From: a virus
Lineage: Duplodnaviria > Caudoviricetes
Reading direction: 5' to 3' (one strand)
DNA: 64,000 nt
IMG/VR virus record: IMGVR_UViG_3300031606_000339
Coordinates: 36,490-100,489 of that record
Under the pieces are notes generated by a model. It saw only the letters and a list, made by a program, of their open reading frames with translations. It did no database searches and was not told the origin of the DNA. This document shows, piece by piece, positions 55,441 through 64,000 of the stretch (positions are counted from its first letter, which is position 1; each line of letters begins with the position of its first letter). The position numbers and the translations under genes were made by a program.

Positions 55441-57357
55441 TCAGTATACCCCACTGTCATTCCAAAAAGTATCATAGTTATCAAATAATACAGTATTATA
55501 TCCAGTAAGAAACTGATTAGTTAACAATAAGCTCTTGTCCGTCACTATCGAATATTGCTCCTTAGTTTGTCTTCGCCCATTTACCCACGCAACTTCGTCC
55601 TGCATAGAATATGTATTCTTTATAAAGCCAACTCCTGAGTCGAAACTTTGGGAGTCTTCCCCTCGCCTCTTGGAGACGAAAATGAATTCTCCGCTGTTGT
55701 TAGAGCCGCCAACTAAATTTTTAATAAAGCTATTGCTTGAATAAACTTCCAGCTGAGAGCCTACCAAATCATAATCGGCTCCAGATATAAGTTTGGTTGC
55801 TCCGATTTCCCCTATTGGACGCAAGTAAATATCTTTATTAAAATAATCAGAGTCAGTTATAGTAACCTTGGGCACATCACCAGAGTAGGAAAGATATTTT
55901 TCTGCGCCCACGGTCCGATGGTAAATTATGGTGTTCGTGTGATCAAAGGAAGAATCGCTAAATTTAACCTTATAGTCACTAGCTGTGACCGTGTACTCTT
56001 TAGCAGGAACAAGTAAGCCATTAGAATAAATAGCTAAATTCTCACCAGAGAATCCCGTGTCCAAGAAATAACTTCCCGGCGAAGTAACACGCTCAGGTTC
56101 CCATGTTCTGTCCGGCTCCTGAATTGTGGTTTCGCCCGGTTTAAAAGAAGCCGTCTGACTTTTGTTGCTTTCGTTTATATCGCTAGAATAGACCTCAACC
56201 CTATCAGAGCTCTCAGCTATAATATTTGAAAAACATATATTATTCCTAGCGTAGTTAGAGACGGTTGAGTAGCTAACGATTTTCGCGCCCGGCTCTGTAA
56301 CAATCTCGACGCCCGTAACCATTTCTGTCCCAGTTAAATAGCTTATCAATTCTCCAGTCAAGCTGCCGCTCTGTTCAGTGGGAATGTAAATATCTACATA
56401 AGGACCACACTTTGGGTAGACTCTAAAAAACGTATCGTAAGAGACGCCGGTTTGACCATAGCCAGTAACCCCTGTTGGGTTAACAGTTACCCCGGTGACC
56501 TTACGAGAAAGAACGTTATTGCCGGAAGTTATGCCCGAGGTCACAGATGTATAACAACTACCTGAGCAAATTTGCTCCTTGGTAGTCTTAGACATAGACC
56601 CATTAAAAAACATGAACTCATCAATCCACCCGCTGAATCCAGTATAACGAGCGTCAGTCAAGAGACCGTTATCTAAACTTCCGTAAGGATTACCACCATC
56701 CTTAGGGTTACCTTGGTCATAAAAGTGACCGATGTACCAGTCTTGAGATTTTACAAAGCCGCTAAGGGAAAATCCTTGATGATAATTAACACCATCTGAT
56801 AGGTCGTAGTAAGACAGTTCTATTTTACCTAAGCCTTTTGACACCGATATAACATTCTGATCGCCTAATTCTTTAAAGTGAGTAAAAATTATATTTTCCC
56901 CCTCGACGTTGGGGTACTCAAAAAACAGCCTGTTAGAAGCGTTGACACCCACGCTAAAACCAGATGTCCCAGAGTAACTATCTTTCGTGGACAAGAGCAT
57001 TAAGCAGCTGTTCCCAGAGAACTTCCAATCAGATTTATAATTTAAAAAAAATGTCCAGTTATCTTCGGTCATCGCTCTGGACGCCTGAACCATATCGGTA
57101 AACCTAAAGTACCCAGAGCTATCTCTTTTACTGGTTACCGGTCTGTTCGTGTGACCTATAGAGATTCCGGGATAAACAGACTCAACCATGGACTGTTGGT
57201 TCTGAGCTAAAGACTTAACGAAGTGTTGCCCAGTGTTATAAATTTCATTAAAGATAATTTCTCCAGAAGCATGATTCCAGTCATACAATAGCTTTAGATC
57301 GCCAGTTGGGATTGCCGCTGACTTTAAAGTGTTTATTATTATTCCGGTATCAAACAT
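55441..57357 (-). CDS. Putative virion protein with LamG/ConA-like beta-sandwich region
   Basis: WTFF, SGFSVGVN, WYIG...FSGWIDEFMFFN LamG-like pattern; TG/SG-rich linker; NG...Y repeats. Confidence 0.6.
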   Translation of the reverse strand: MFDTGIIINTLKSAAIPTGDLKLLYDWNHASGEIIFNEIYNTGQHFVKSLAQNQQSMVESVYPGISIGHTNRPVTSKRDSSGYFRFTDMVQASRAMTEDNWTFFLNYKSDWKFSGNSCLMLLSTKDSYSGTSGFSVGVNASNRLFFEYPNVEGENIIFTHFKELGDQNVISVSKGLGKIELSYYDLSDGVNYHQGFSLSGFVKSQDWYIGHFYDQGNPKDGGNPYGSLDNGLLTDARYTGFSGWIDEFMFFNGSMSKTTKEQICSGSCYTSVTSGITSGNNVLSRKVTGVTVNPTGVTGYGQTGVSYDTFFRVYPKCGPYVDIYIPTEQSGSLTGELISYLTGTEMVTGVEIVTEPGAKIVSYSTVSNYARNNICFSNIIAESSDRVEVYSSDINESNKSQTASFKPGETTIQEPDRTWEPERVTSPGSYFLDTGFSGENLAIYSNGLLVPAKEYTVTASDYKVKFSDSSFDHTNTIIYHRTVGAEKYLSYSGDVPKVTITDSDYFNKDIYLRPIGEIGATKLISGADYDLVGSQLEVYSSNSFIKNLVGGSNNSGEFIFVSKRRGEDSQSFDSGVGFIKNTYSMQDEVAWVNGRRQTKEQYSIVTDKSLLLTNQFLTGYNTVLFDNYDTFWNDSGVY

Positions 57358-57369
57358 ATCAACTATTAA

Positions 57370-59118
57370 TTAATGAAATACTGTGCCGCCTTTATTGCCT
57401 TTTCGACTATAATTATGCCCAAATCCAATAGAAAAGTAAGGCTCAGCTTCGACGTTAACATTTTCCCCCTCCAAAAGAATCGGTCCAGCTAAATCCACAT
57501 TCACTCCATTTATTAATACGGAGTTACCATCAACATATTGTTCTTTTCCTGAGTCAATAAAGTCTCCGACTATAGATTTGTAACTTGTATTGCTTGCGTC
57601 GGAAACAAAGTTACCGCCGAAGTTTACCTTTTCTCTTTTGGCCACTCCCAAATCATATATTCCATAAAGACCATTTTTATTAGCGCTCGGCTTACTAGAG
57701 TAAAGGTTTAAAGAAGGCTGCACGTCTAAATCAAATCTCGATTCAGTAAACCCGCTAAGAAAATCCCTATTATCAAAAGACGCCTTTAAAGATATTTCCC
57801 CCTTGAAAGCGTTTTTTCTAACTGAAAAGCTACCCGGGAGATCATTTAAATTCCACGGAGTTGTCGTGCCTAGCCTCCCCGTATAAATAGGATAAGCCAG
57901 ACCCCACAACCAAGCTTCTGTACCGTAAGCCACTATTGTGTTTAAATAGTAATTATTTACTGCTTCGTATTTGTTTCTGTGATTCGACCTCGCTTTTAAA
58001 TCTCCCTCAATAGATACCGTAGTTGTCGACGTGACTTCGTCAGTTTCAATACTGATCGTATAGTCAAAATAGGCTGAGCCAATGACACCATCGTGAATAT
58101 TGTCGTTATTGTAAGCAGCTCTAACCGAGACTTGCCTAGATGCGTCTGCATTGTCGCTTACATCATAAGAGATTGGAATCGTATTGAGAACTATTGCCGG
58201 AGACAAGCCATGAAGCAACTGCCCGCAGGCTCCAGTAGCTAACCTATATAGTTCGTTTTCACTATCAGTGGCCGTCTGATATGCTGACCTAACTTCTGCG
58301 GCAGTTTTGGATTTCCCTCCATTGATCGAAAACTCTACGCTAACATTTATAAATTCTTCAGATATACCCGAGGAGACGCTAGTACTTACCTCCGTGGTGT
58401 ACCCTGCGGTAAGTGGCACGTCATAGATGTTTCCCGTTTGCACAGAGTATTGCTCATCGACGGAATAAGTTGCGGTGGTTCTATCTACGTTTTTACTTAA
58501 ATTTTCTAAAACAAAATTGCTAGCAGGAACTCCAGCTAAGTGATGACTAGCTGCACCAGTTAACCCGTTCACAAAATTAATAGCGGTATTTAGCGCTTGA
58601 TTGGGAGTAGCTGTTGAGCTACCGCTTTGCAAGCCTCTTGCGGAGATAGAATGCCTAACAGAGACTATGCCGTTTTCCCCCGCTTCATATGAAAAAGTAT
58701 TCTCAGGATCAATAACCCCAAAAGCCCCATTGAACTCGCTTTCTAAATAGCATTCTAGGCTAATTGTGTAATCTATTTTACCTTGATTTGCTTCGGAAAA
58801 ATTTACGCCCCTTATTATGCAGTTCTTAAATTCTAGAATGTTTGAAGAGTCCTCCGTGACAGTTAAAGTTTGAAAGTCTTTGGAAAAAGCTCCAAGAATC
58901 TCATCTCTTTCCCTGTTTAGAGCGACCCAATTGCCTTTGCCGGCGGGAGTGGCTGAACTAGCGCCTATTATGCTACCCATTAACTCAATGGAAGTAGCTT
59001 GCGCCCATTTTTTGCCATGGAAAACCATCTCCTGACTCCTACTAACGTATGGAGTAGGCATATTAGAGAAGTTAAAACTCCCGTAGCTAATTGTTACTGT
59101 TGATGATCCTAAAGGCAT
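57370..59118 (-). CDS. Putative tail/baseplate structural protein
   Basis: 582-aa Ser/Thr-rich beta protein coupled to neighbours in the structural block. Confidence 0.55.
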   Translation of the reverse strand: MPLGSSTVTISYGSFNFSNMPTPYVSRSQEMVFHGKKWAQATSIELMGSIIGASSATPAGKGNWVALNRERDEILGAFSKDFQTLTVTEDSSNILEFKNCIIRGVNFSEANQGKIDYTISLECYLESEFNGAFGVIDPENTFSYEAGENGIVSVRHSISARGLQSGSSTATPNQALNTAINFVNGLTGAASHHLAGVPASNFVLENLSKNVDRTTATYSVDEQYSVQTGNIYDVPLTAGYTTEVSTSVSSGISEEFINVSVEFSINGGKSKTAAEVRSAYQTATDSENELYRLATGACGQLLHGLSPAIVLNTIPISYDVSDNADASRQVSVRAAYNNDNIHDGVIGSAYFDYTISIETDEVTSTTTVSIEGDLKARSNHRNKYEAVNNYYLNTIVAYGTEAWLWGLAYPIYTGRLGTTTPWNLNDLPGSFSVRKNAFKGEISLKASFDNRDFLSGFTESRFDLDVQPSLNLYSSKPSANKNGLYGIYDLGVAKREKVNFGGNFVSDASNTSYKSIVGDFIDSGKEQYVDGNSVLINGVNVDLAGPILLEGENVNVEAEPYFSIGFGHNYSRKGNKGGTVFH

Positions 59119-59123
59119 AATAG

Positions 59124-60896
59124 TTACGGTAATAAGGCTCTATATTGCGTTTCCGTCCTCTCCATAACATACTGCACTTCTATAGATAATGTTATTTCAT
59201 TTTCAGATGAAAATTGATATGTCGCATTTGTGACTCTAATAACGTTCCTGTCACTAGAGATTAAAGCGCTGTGATCAGAAAACACTTCGTACGCTTTATT
59301 TATCGCGGCTTTTTTCAATTCGTTTATAACGTTAGTCGGATCTCTGAAAGTTATTAAATTATTAGTGTACTTATCTCGAGCTAATGTGGCCGTAATTTCT
59401 ACGGTCCTTGTCCCCATATTGGTTTGATTTGGCAGATGGATAAATTCATAGCCCGCATTAGGAATGATGTGAGGCTTCATTATTATCGTTCCCGGGTTAT
59501 CGGTTGTTTTTATTTTTCTTTTGGTCCAGAGAGTACCGAGACCCGTAAAAATATCTGGATCATCCGAGAAGATGTAGGAATAAGAAAACTCTTTTCCGTA
59601 TTTAGGCACCTCACAAGAGCTTGAAACCATCCTTAGGGTGGATGGTCCCCCGCTATCGTTATAAAATGTTTGACATCTCGACTGAGACGTTCCTGCTGCT
59701 GGAATTTCCCCTAAAGCATCAGTCCCAACGTCCATCCAGTCTTCCCCCTTGGGCAAATAACTAGTAAAACTTCCATTCTCTCCGATTGAATATACATTCC
59801 CCTTTTTGGTTAGATCTAAGTTCCGTTCAGTCGTGTATTGAGTATTAGACATCGTAACGTCGTCAGTGTATTCTACTTCGTAAGAGGCTGTGCCTAAGTT
59901 ATTGTTTATTTCTCTAGATATAGATACAGGCTTCGCGTTTAGAACCATTCCGGCTTCATCATAAGTCGTTTGATAAGATATCGCCATTTTGTTGTAAGCG
60001 CTGTATACATTACTACATCTATTAAATGAGTTGGTATTTATTTCTGATTCCATTGCGTTTTTTGAACGTTCCAGCAGGCTTCCGTTAAGCGGTACCCTAC
60101 CTACAATCTCCCCCCTCTCTGAGACCTTTATAACGCCGTCTTCTCCATAAGTATAATTGTTGGTGACTTTAACGCCATACGTCGTTTTGTCTTCTCCGCC
60201 TATTAGCTTTCTACTTTTCGAAAAGTTGGCTGATCCGTTAATGGAGTCATAGCTCTCCGTAAGATAAGTTTTCCCTGCTGAATTATAATCTCCGTAATGA
60301 CTTCCCAAGTCTCCGCTAAAAGAAACCAGAGTTTGACCGTATATATTATTAGATAAAGCTTTAGCTTGAGTTAACGGGTCAATGGGGCTTCCGTTAGGAG
60401 CTAATCCAGAAATATAGGTTATATTAAGATCATGGTTATAGCTGTACCCTTCCTCTTCATCTCTAGAAAAACTAAAGCTTTCAGAAAAATCTTCTAAAAA
60501 TTCCGGATACGGAACTGTAACTCCATCCATGACTGAGTTCGTAGACAAGTCGCCTTCTGAATAAAATTCTATTTGAGCAGAATAATGACCCACTTGTATT
60601 TGGGCAGAGGCGGTTTCTGGGCTCGCGTTAAATTCTAAAGAAGTAATTCTTCCTGTGCCGTAGCCAGAGCCATTAATGACTATCCCCTCCATAATTGCTT
60701 CTGAATTAGTGGAAGTGATTAACGATTTAATTGTGTTAACTGTCTCTGTTACGCCTTTTAAGTCTGAATTTGAAGAGCGACTATCCACGAACCCCTCTAT
60801 AGAGAGAGTCTTTACCGTCTTATAACGCGCAGAGTCACCAAAAAATTCTCCCTTTTGATCTACGCCTAAAAAACTTGCGTTTGTAAATATAGCCAT
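59124..60896 (-). CDS. Putative tail/baseplate structural protein
   Basis: 590-aa Ser/Thr-rich beta protein, SD AAGGA; directly after the tape-measure-like gene. Confidence 0.55.
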   Translation of the reverse strand: MAIFTNASFLGVDQKGEFFGDSARYKTVKTLSIEGFVDSRSSNSDLKGVTETVNTIKSLITSTNSEAIMEGIVINGSGYGTGRITSLEFNASPETASAQIQVGHYSAQIEFYSEGDLSTNSVMDGVTVPYPEFLEDFSESFSFSRDEEEGYSYNHDLNITYISGLAPNGSPIDPLTQAKALSNNIYGQTLVSFSGDLGSHYGDYNSAGKTYLTESYDSINGSANFSKSRKLIGGEDKTTYGVKVTNNYTYGEDGVIKVSERGEIVGRVPLNGSLLERSKNAMESEINTNSFNRCSNVYSAYNKMAISYQTTYDEAGMVLNAKPVSISREINNNLGTASYEVEYTDDVTMSNTQYTTERNLDLTKKGNVYSIGENGSFTSYLPKGEDWMDVGTDALGEIPAAGTSQSRCQTFYNDSGGPSTLRMVSSSCEVPKYGKEFSYSYIFSDDPDIFTGLGTLWTKRKIKTTDNPGTIIMKPHIIPNAGYEFIHLPNQTNMGTRTVEITATLARDKYTNNLITFRDPTNVINELKKAAINKAYEVFSDHSALISSDRNVIRVTNATYQFSSENEITLSIEVQYVMERTETQYRALLP

Positions 60897-60906
60897 TTCA
60901 CTTTCC

Positions 60907-63900
60907 TTATCCCAATCCTGTTGCTGAGTTCACTTGCGCCGCTTGCCCCGGGTCCAAAGTCTTGCCAAGCAATGCTCCGACTTTAGACTCTAATTGTTTT
61001 ACTATCGCATCGCTTGCGTTCGCAACCGAACCCGCGACATCAACCTTAACCGGTAGAGTCTTAAATTCTAACGTATCTTTGGATATGTTTTCTTGCATAG
61101 CTCCGAATCCATCTGCCATGGTCCCCTGTAGATTCCCCAAGCCCTCTTGCAACACTCCTAAAGCCGCAACTACGTCAGAATTGTCTAAGTTAACTGTCCC
61201 CGTAGCGTCTGGACCCTGCTCAGATATAGCTGAGGTTTGCTCTTGGACTAAGGAGCTTAGAGTTACCAGCGTATCGTTTAGAACGCTTAGCGCTGGTAAT
61301 TGTAAATTACTTGGTGCTTGCAGATTAGGAACAAAGCCGGTCGCTTTACCGTAAGTATTTATATTTGAGCCTTCTTTAACCGCTCTATTTATGCCTTGAC
61401 TAGCTCCCTTGGGCTCGTCAATTTTGTTAAATACTCCCAGACCCCCAGAATTAGCTGTGATACTTGAGTGTTTCGCTACGTAAATAGAGGACTTAGCTTG
61501 AGACTTTGATAAGCCTCGCTTCATTAAGCCTTGAGTTTCTCTGCCTACAGCTTCTTTAACAGCACTAAAGTTAGGTATAAATCCTTCGCTTGCGTTTCTG
61601 TTTCTCATGTGCCCCAAGCGCATGGTCTCAAATCCCCCCTGATAAGCGCCGCCCATATTTCTATCTTGTCCAAGCGCCATCCCTCTGCTCATTACCCCAG
61701 AAGATTGTTGCCCTTGATTAAATTGTTGTCGTGCAGACGTTTGAGGTCCACCCATCATGCCTCCACCCATCATGCCTCCACCCATCATGCCTCCACCCAT
61801 CATGACTCCACCCATCATGCCTCCACTCATCATCATTTGCATCATTTGCATCTGCATCATTTGCTGCATCATAGCTTGCTGTTGAGCCTGCTGCATCATG
61901 ATCATCATCATGGGATTCATACCCATGCCCCCGCCCATCATGCCCCCGCCCATCATACCCCCGCCCATGCGATTCATTCCCATGGTCATTGGGTTCGTTT
62001 GCTGTGTGCCACCGCCGCCTCTTCCTCCTTGTTGCATCCGACCGCGGAGCCGCTGTGGATCAACAGTAGGCGCAGGAGATGGCCGCCCCCGACGATTGCT
62101 CGAGCCTCCTCGGCCAGCTTCTTGCATCAGATTGCGCCCGTGAAGCTCCCGCGCTCTTTGCGCAGCTCTTTGCGCAGCTTGTTGCTCAGCCCCTTGCCCT
62201 TGTCGTCCCTCCCAACCCAGAGGTAGGATTCCTCGATTCGTTCCACCATGATTGCTCGAGCCTCCTCGGCCAGCTTCTTGCATCAGATTGCGCCCGTGAA
62301 GCTCCCGCGCTCTTTGCGCAGCTCTTTGCGCAGCTTGTTGCTCAGCCCCTTGCCCTTGTCGTCCCTCCCAACCCAGAGGTAGGATTCCTCGATTCATTCC
62401 CATGGTCATTGGGTTCGTTTGCTGTGTGCCACCGCCGCCTCTTCCTCCTTGTTGCATCCGACCGCGGAGCCGCCGTGGATCAACAGTAGGCGCAGGAGAT
62501 GGCCGCCCTCCAAACGCGGCACCGTCAAAACCACCATCCGCTGTGAAGCCTGCACTTAAATCTCTGCCACCCAGCTGGCGATGCCCTCCTCCCCCAAACG
62601 CGGCACCGTCAAAACCACCATCCGCTGTGAAGCCTGCACTTAAATCTCTGGGATTGGATCCTCCCCCAAACGCGGCACCGTCAAAACCACCATCCGCTGT
62701 GAAGCCTGCACTTAACGCACTGGGCAGGTGCCGGCTTCCGGGGACACCGTCAAAACCAACGCCCCCGCCGGGCTCAACGGTAAAGCCTGCACTTGCCCAG
62801 CCGCGAGGCAGGATTCCCCGATTTGTTCCACCTCGATGGTTGCTCGACCCAACATTAATCCCCTTGGGATTGAGCCGACGTGGATCAACAGTAGGCGCAG
62901 GAGATGGCCGCCCTCCCATTGGAAGTCCCCCACCTCGATGGTTGCTCGACCCAACATTAATCCCCTTGGGATTGTGAAATCCTTGACCATACCCCGGAAG
63001 CCGACGTGGATCAACAGTAGGCGCAGGAGATGGCCGCGTGCCTTGGTTCCGACCTTTTGGACCTGCAAACCCGCCGGTTGGATTTGCGCGCTTTCCGCTC
63101 CCGGAGCCTGATGTTTGCCCGCTCGACCGCTGCCTAGGCGAGTAGAAGTTGGGAACAAAACCTAGTGCCCCAAATAATGACCCGCTCATTCCTCTGTGCT
63201 CTTTTATTCCCCAATCAACGCCGTCGGTAGAGGAATCATATCCTTCTGTGCCAGCTATTTGTCCAAGTCCCAACCATTCTGAACCTCCCCCTGTTGTATT
63301 CCAAAGACTAGATTCATCGACGCGCTTAAAAGTCCCCAAAGATTTTTGAGATGCTATGTCTAACATCGTGTTGTACGCAAGACCTTTCATACTCGAATCT
63401 TCTGAATAGTCGCCTAAAGCGTACGCGCCAAACTGCGCTCTTTGTCCAAATCTACCACTTTGACCGAGCCTAGTCTCTCCGCCTTCCCAAAAGGACGATC
63501 CAAACCCGAGGGTCTTTGTAGCTTGTAGCCCAGAGTCCTGATCTATGCCAATGTATTCTCCCATTGGTCCCATTGCCATGTTTTCTGTTTGATATGGTCC
63601 AAATACTCCTGCCATTGATTGCTGTTGAAGATCAAATCCAGACGAATCATAATTTTCTTGGTACATTCCTCCTGCTGCGACCGGACTCCAAGCTTCCATG
63701 CTTGGGTCATAGTTGCCTTGATTTTCCCACATCCAATGTCCGCCTGCCCCTCCAGTTTGTTGTAATGACCGCGCGTTTTGAGACTGCATGAGTCCGCCCG
63801 AGCTGCTACCGGTTGAGCTGCTACCGCCCGAGCTGCTACCGGCTGAGCTGCTACCGGCTGAGCTGCTACCGGTTGAGCTGCTACCGGTTGAGCTGCTACC

Positions 63901-64000
63901 GGTTGAGCTGCTGCCGGAGGAACCGGCACCTGCCGATAGCTGACTCCGTAATTCACGAATACGTTGACTGATAAAGCCACCAGCAATTCCTCCACCAACA
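60907..64000 (-). CDS. Large low-complexity virion protein, tape-measure-like, C-terminal part (starts beyond the window)
   Basis: The frame of 60907..63789 stays open to 64000 (...GGGIAGGFISQRIRELRSQLSAGAGSSGSSSTG...); recurring GF[IV]PN[FL] motif; position upstream of tail genes. Confidence 0.65.
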   Translation of the reverse strand, partial: VGGGIAGGFISQRIRELRSQLSAGAGSSGSSSTGSSSTGSSSTGSSSAGSSSAGSSSGGSSSTGSSSGGLMQSQNARSLQQTGGAGGHWMWENQGNYDPSMEAWSPVAAGGMYQENYDSSGFDLQQQSMAGVFGPYQTENMAMGPMGEYIGIDQDSGLQATKTLGFGSSFWEGGETRLGQSGRFGQRAQFGAYALGDYSEDSSMKGLAYNTMLDIASQKSLGTFKRVDESSLWNTTGGGSEWLGLGQIAGTEGYDSSTDGVDWGIKEHRGMSGSLFGALGFVPNFYSPRQRSSGQTSGSGSGKRANPTGGFAGPKGRNQGTRPSPAPTVDPRRLPGYGQGFHNPKGINVGSSNHRGGGLPMGGRPSPAPTVDPRRLNPKGINVGSSNHRGGTNRGILPRGWASAGFTVEPGGGVGFDGVPGSRHLPSALSAGFTADGGFDGAAFGGGSNPRDLSAGFTADGGFDGAAFGGGGHRQLGGRDLSAGFTADGGFDGAAFGGRPSPAPTVDPRRLRGRMQQGGRGGGGTQQTNPMTMGMNRGILPLGWEGRQGQGAEQQAAQRAAQRARELHGRNLMQEAGRGGSSNHGGTNRGILPLGWEGRQGQGAEQQAAQRAAQRARELHGRNLMQEAGRGGSSNRRGRPSPAPTVDPQRLRGRMQQGGRGGGGTQQTNPMTMGMNRMGGGMMGGGMMGGGMGMNPMMMIMMQQAQQQAMMQQMMQMQMMQMMMSGGMMGGVMMGGGMMGGGMMGGGMMGGPQTSARQQFNQGQQSSGVMSRGMALGQDRNMGGAYQGGFETMRLGHMRNRNASEGFIPNFSAVKEAVGRETQGLMKRGLSKSQAKSSIYVAKHSSITANSGGLGVFNKIDEPKGASQGINRAVKEGSNINTYGKATGFVPNLQAPSNLQLPALSVLNDTLVTLSSLVQEQTSAISEQGPDATGTVNLDNSDVVAALGVLQEGLGNLQGTMADGFGAMQENISKDTLEFKTLPVKVDVAGSVANASDAIVKQLESKVGALLGKTLDPGQAAQVNSATGLG
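61748..61970 (-). repeat. 15-bp GGMMG repeats and Met/Gln tract
   Basis: ccacccatcatgcct about 5 times, ccgcccatcatgccc about 3 times; catcat/tgc runs. Confidence 0.9.
61970..63037 (-). repeat. Mosaic of interleaved exact coding repeats
   Basis: 146 bp x2 (62094-62239, 62250-62395); ~118 bp x2 (61970-62087, 62390-62507); ~50 bp x3 (62510, 62594, 62666); ~45 bp x2 (62828, 62930); ~30 bp x4 (62057, 62477, 62882, 63008). Confidence 0.9.
63799..63913 (-). repeat. 15-bp tandem repeat (gagctgctaccggtt) encoding GSSS[T/A/G]
   Basis: About 8 tandem units. Confidence 0.9.

Noticed and set aside
61970-63037. CRISPR array or DGR template/variable repeats
   Set aside because: Repeats are unevenly spaced, of several types, in frame within a CDS, without unique spacers or adenine-specific mismatches, and no reverse transcriptase or cas operon is in the window
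63543-63998. 151-aa ORF with AAQPV repeats
   Set aside because: Alternative frame of the 15-bp repeat; the frame continuous with the 960-aa ORF is open and more parsimonious
1-64000. Eukaryotic giant virus origin (collagen, SET, glycan genes)
   Set aside because: DnaE, DnaB, DnaG, RecA, sigma70 promoters, a lipoprotein and overlapping operons point to a bacterial host
1-64000. tRNA, rRNA or structured ncRNA genes
   Set aside because: Intergenic gaps are under ~90 nt and explained by promoters or a terminator; no cloverleaf seen by eye, though a covariance search was not run

Overview
This window looks like part of a large tailed-bacteriophage genome (inference from gene content; no rRNA, tRNA, ribosomal-protein genes or CRISPR array seen). 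Plus strand, 1-40.5 kb: the 3' end of an unannotated TnpB; a class I ribonucleotide reductase whose beta subunit lacks the radical Tyr (class Ic-like); and a ~16 kb glycan-building island. The island holds about 9 putative glycosyltransferases, gmd/fcl/glf, a sulfotransferase and a methyltransferase, with a SET-domain protein and an Arg/Leu-tRNA-protein transferase embedded. Next come a coupled operon (micro-protein, half-size HPPD-like dioxygenase, aldehyde dehydrogenase, divergent pyruvoyl decarboxylase, saccharopine/lysine dehydrogenase) and a replication module (RecA, DnaB, primase, nucleases, DnaE split into PHP, exonuclease and core genes, SSB-like and annealing proteins, plus two glycosyltransferase genes). 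Minus strand, 40.5-64 kb: probable virion genes, including a 3274-aa Gly-X-Gln collagen-like fibre followed by a GT2, four to five tail/baseplate-like proteins, and the C-terminal part of a tape-measure-like protein built from shuffled exact DNA repeats. Seven sigma70-like promoters sit 6-9 nt before ATGs (leaderless-type), and a separate AAGTGTA motif may be a phage late promoter. Best candidates for new systems: (1) the collagen fibre plus fucosyl/sulfate glycan machinery, (2) the HPPD-like/ALDH/decarboxylase/LysDH operon, (3) the intein-free split DnaE. All family calls come from motif recognition by eye; no searches were run.
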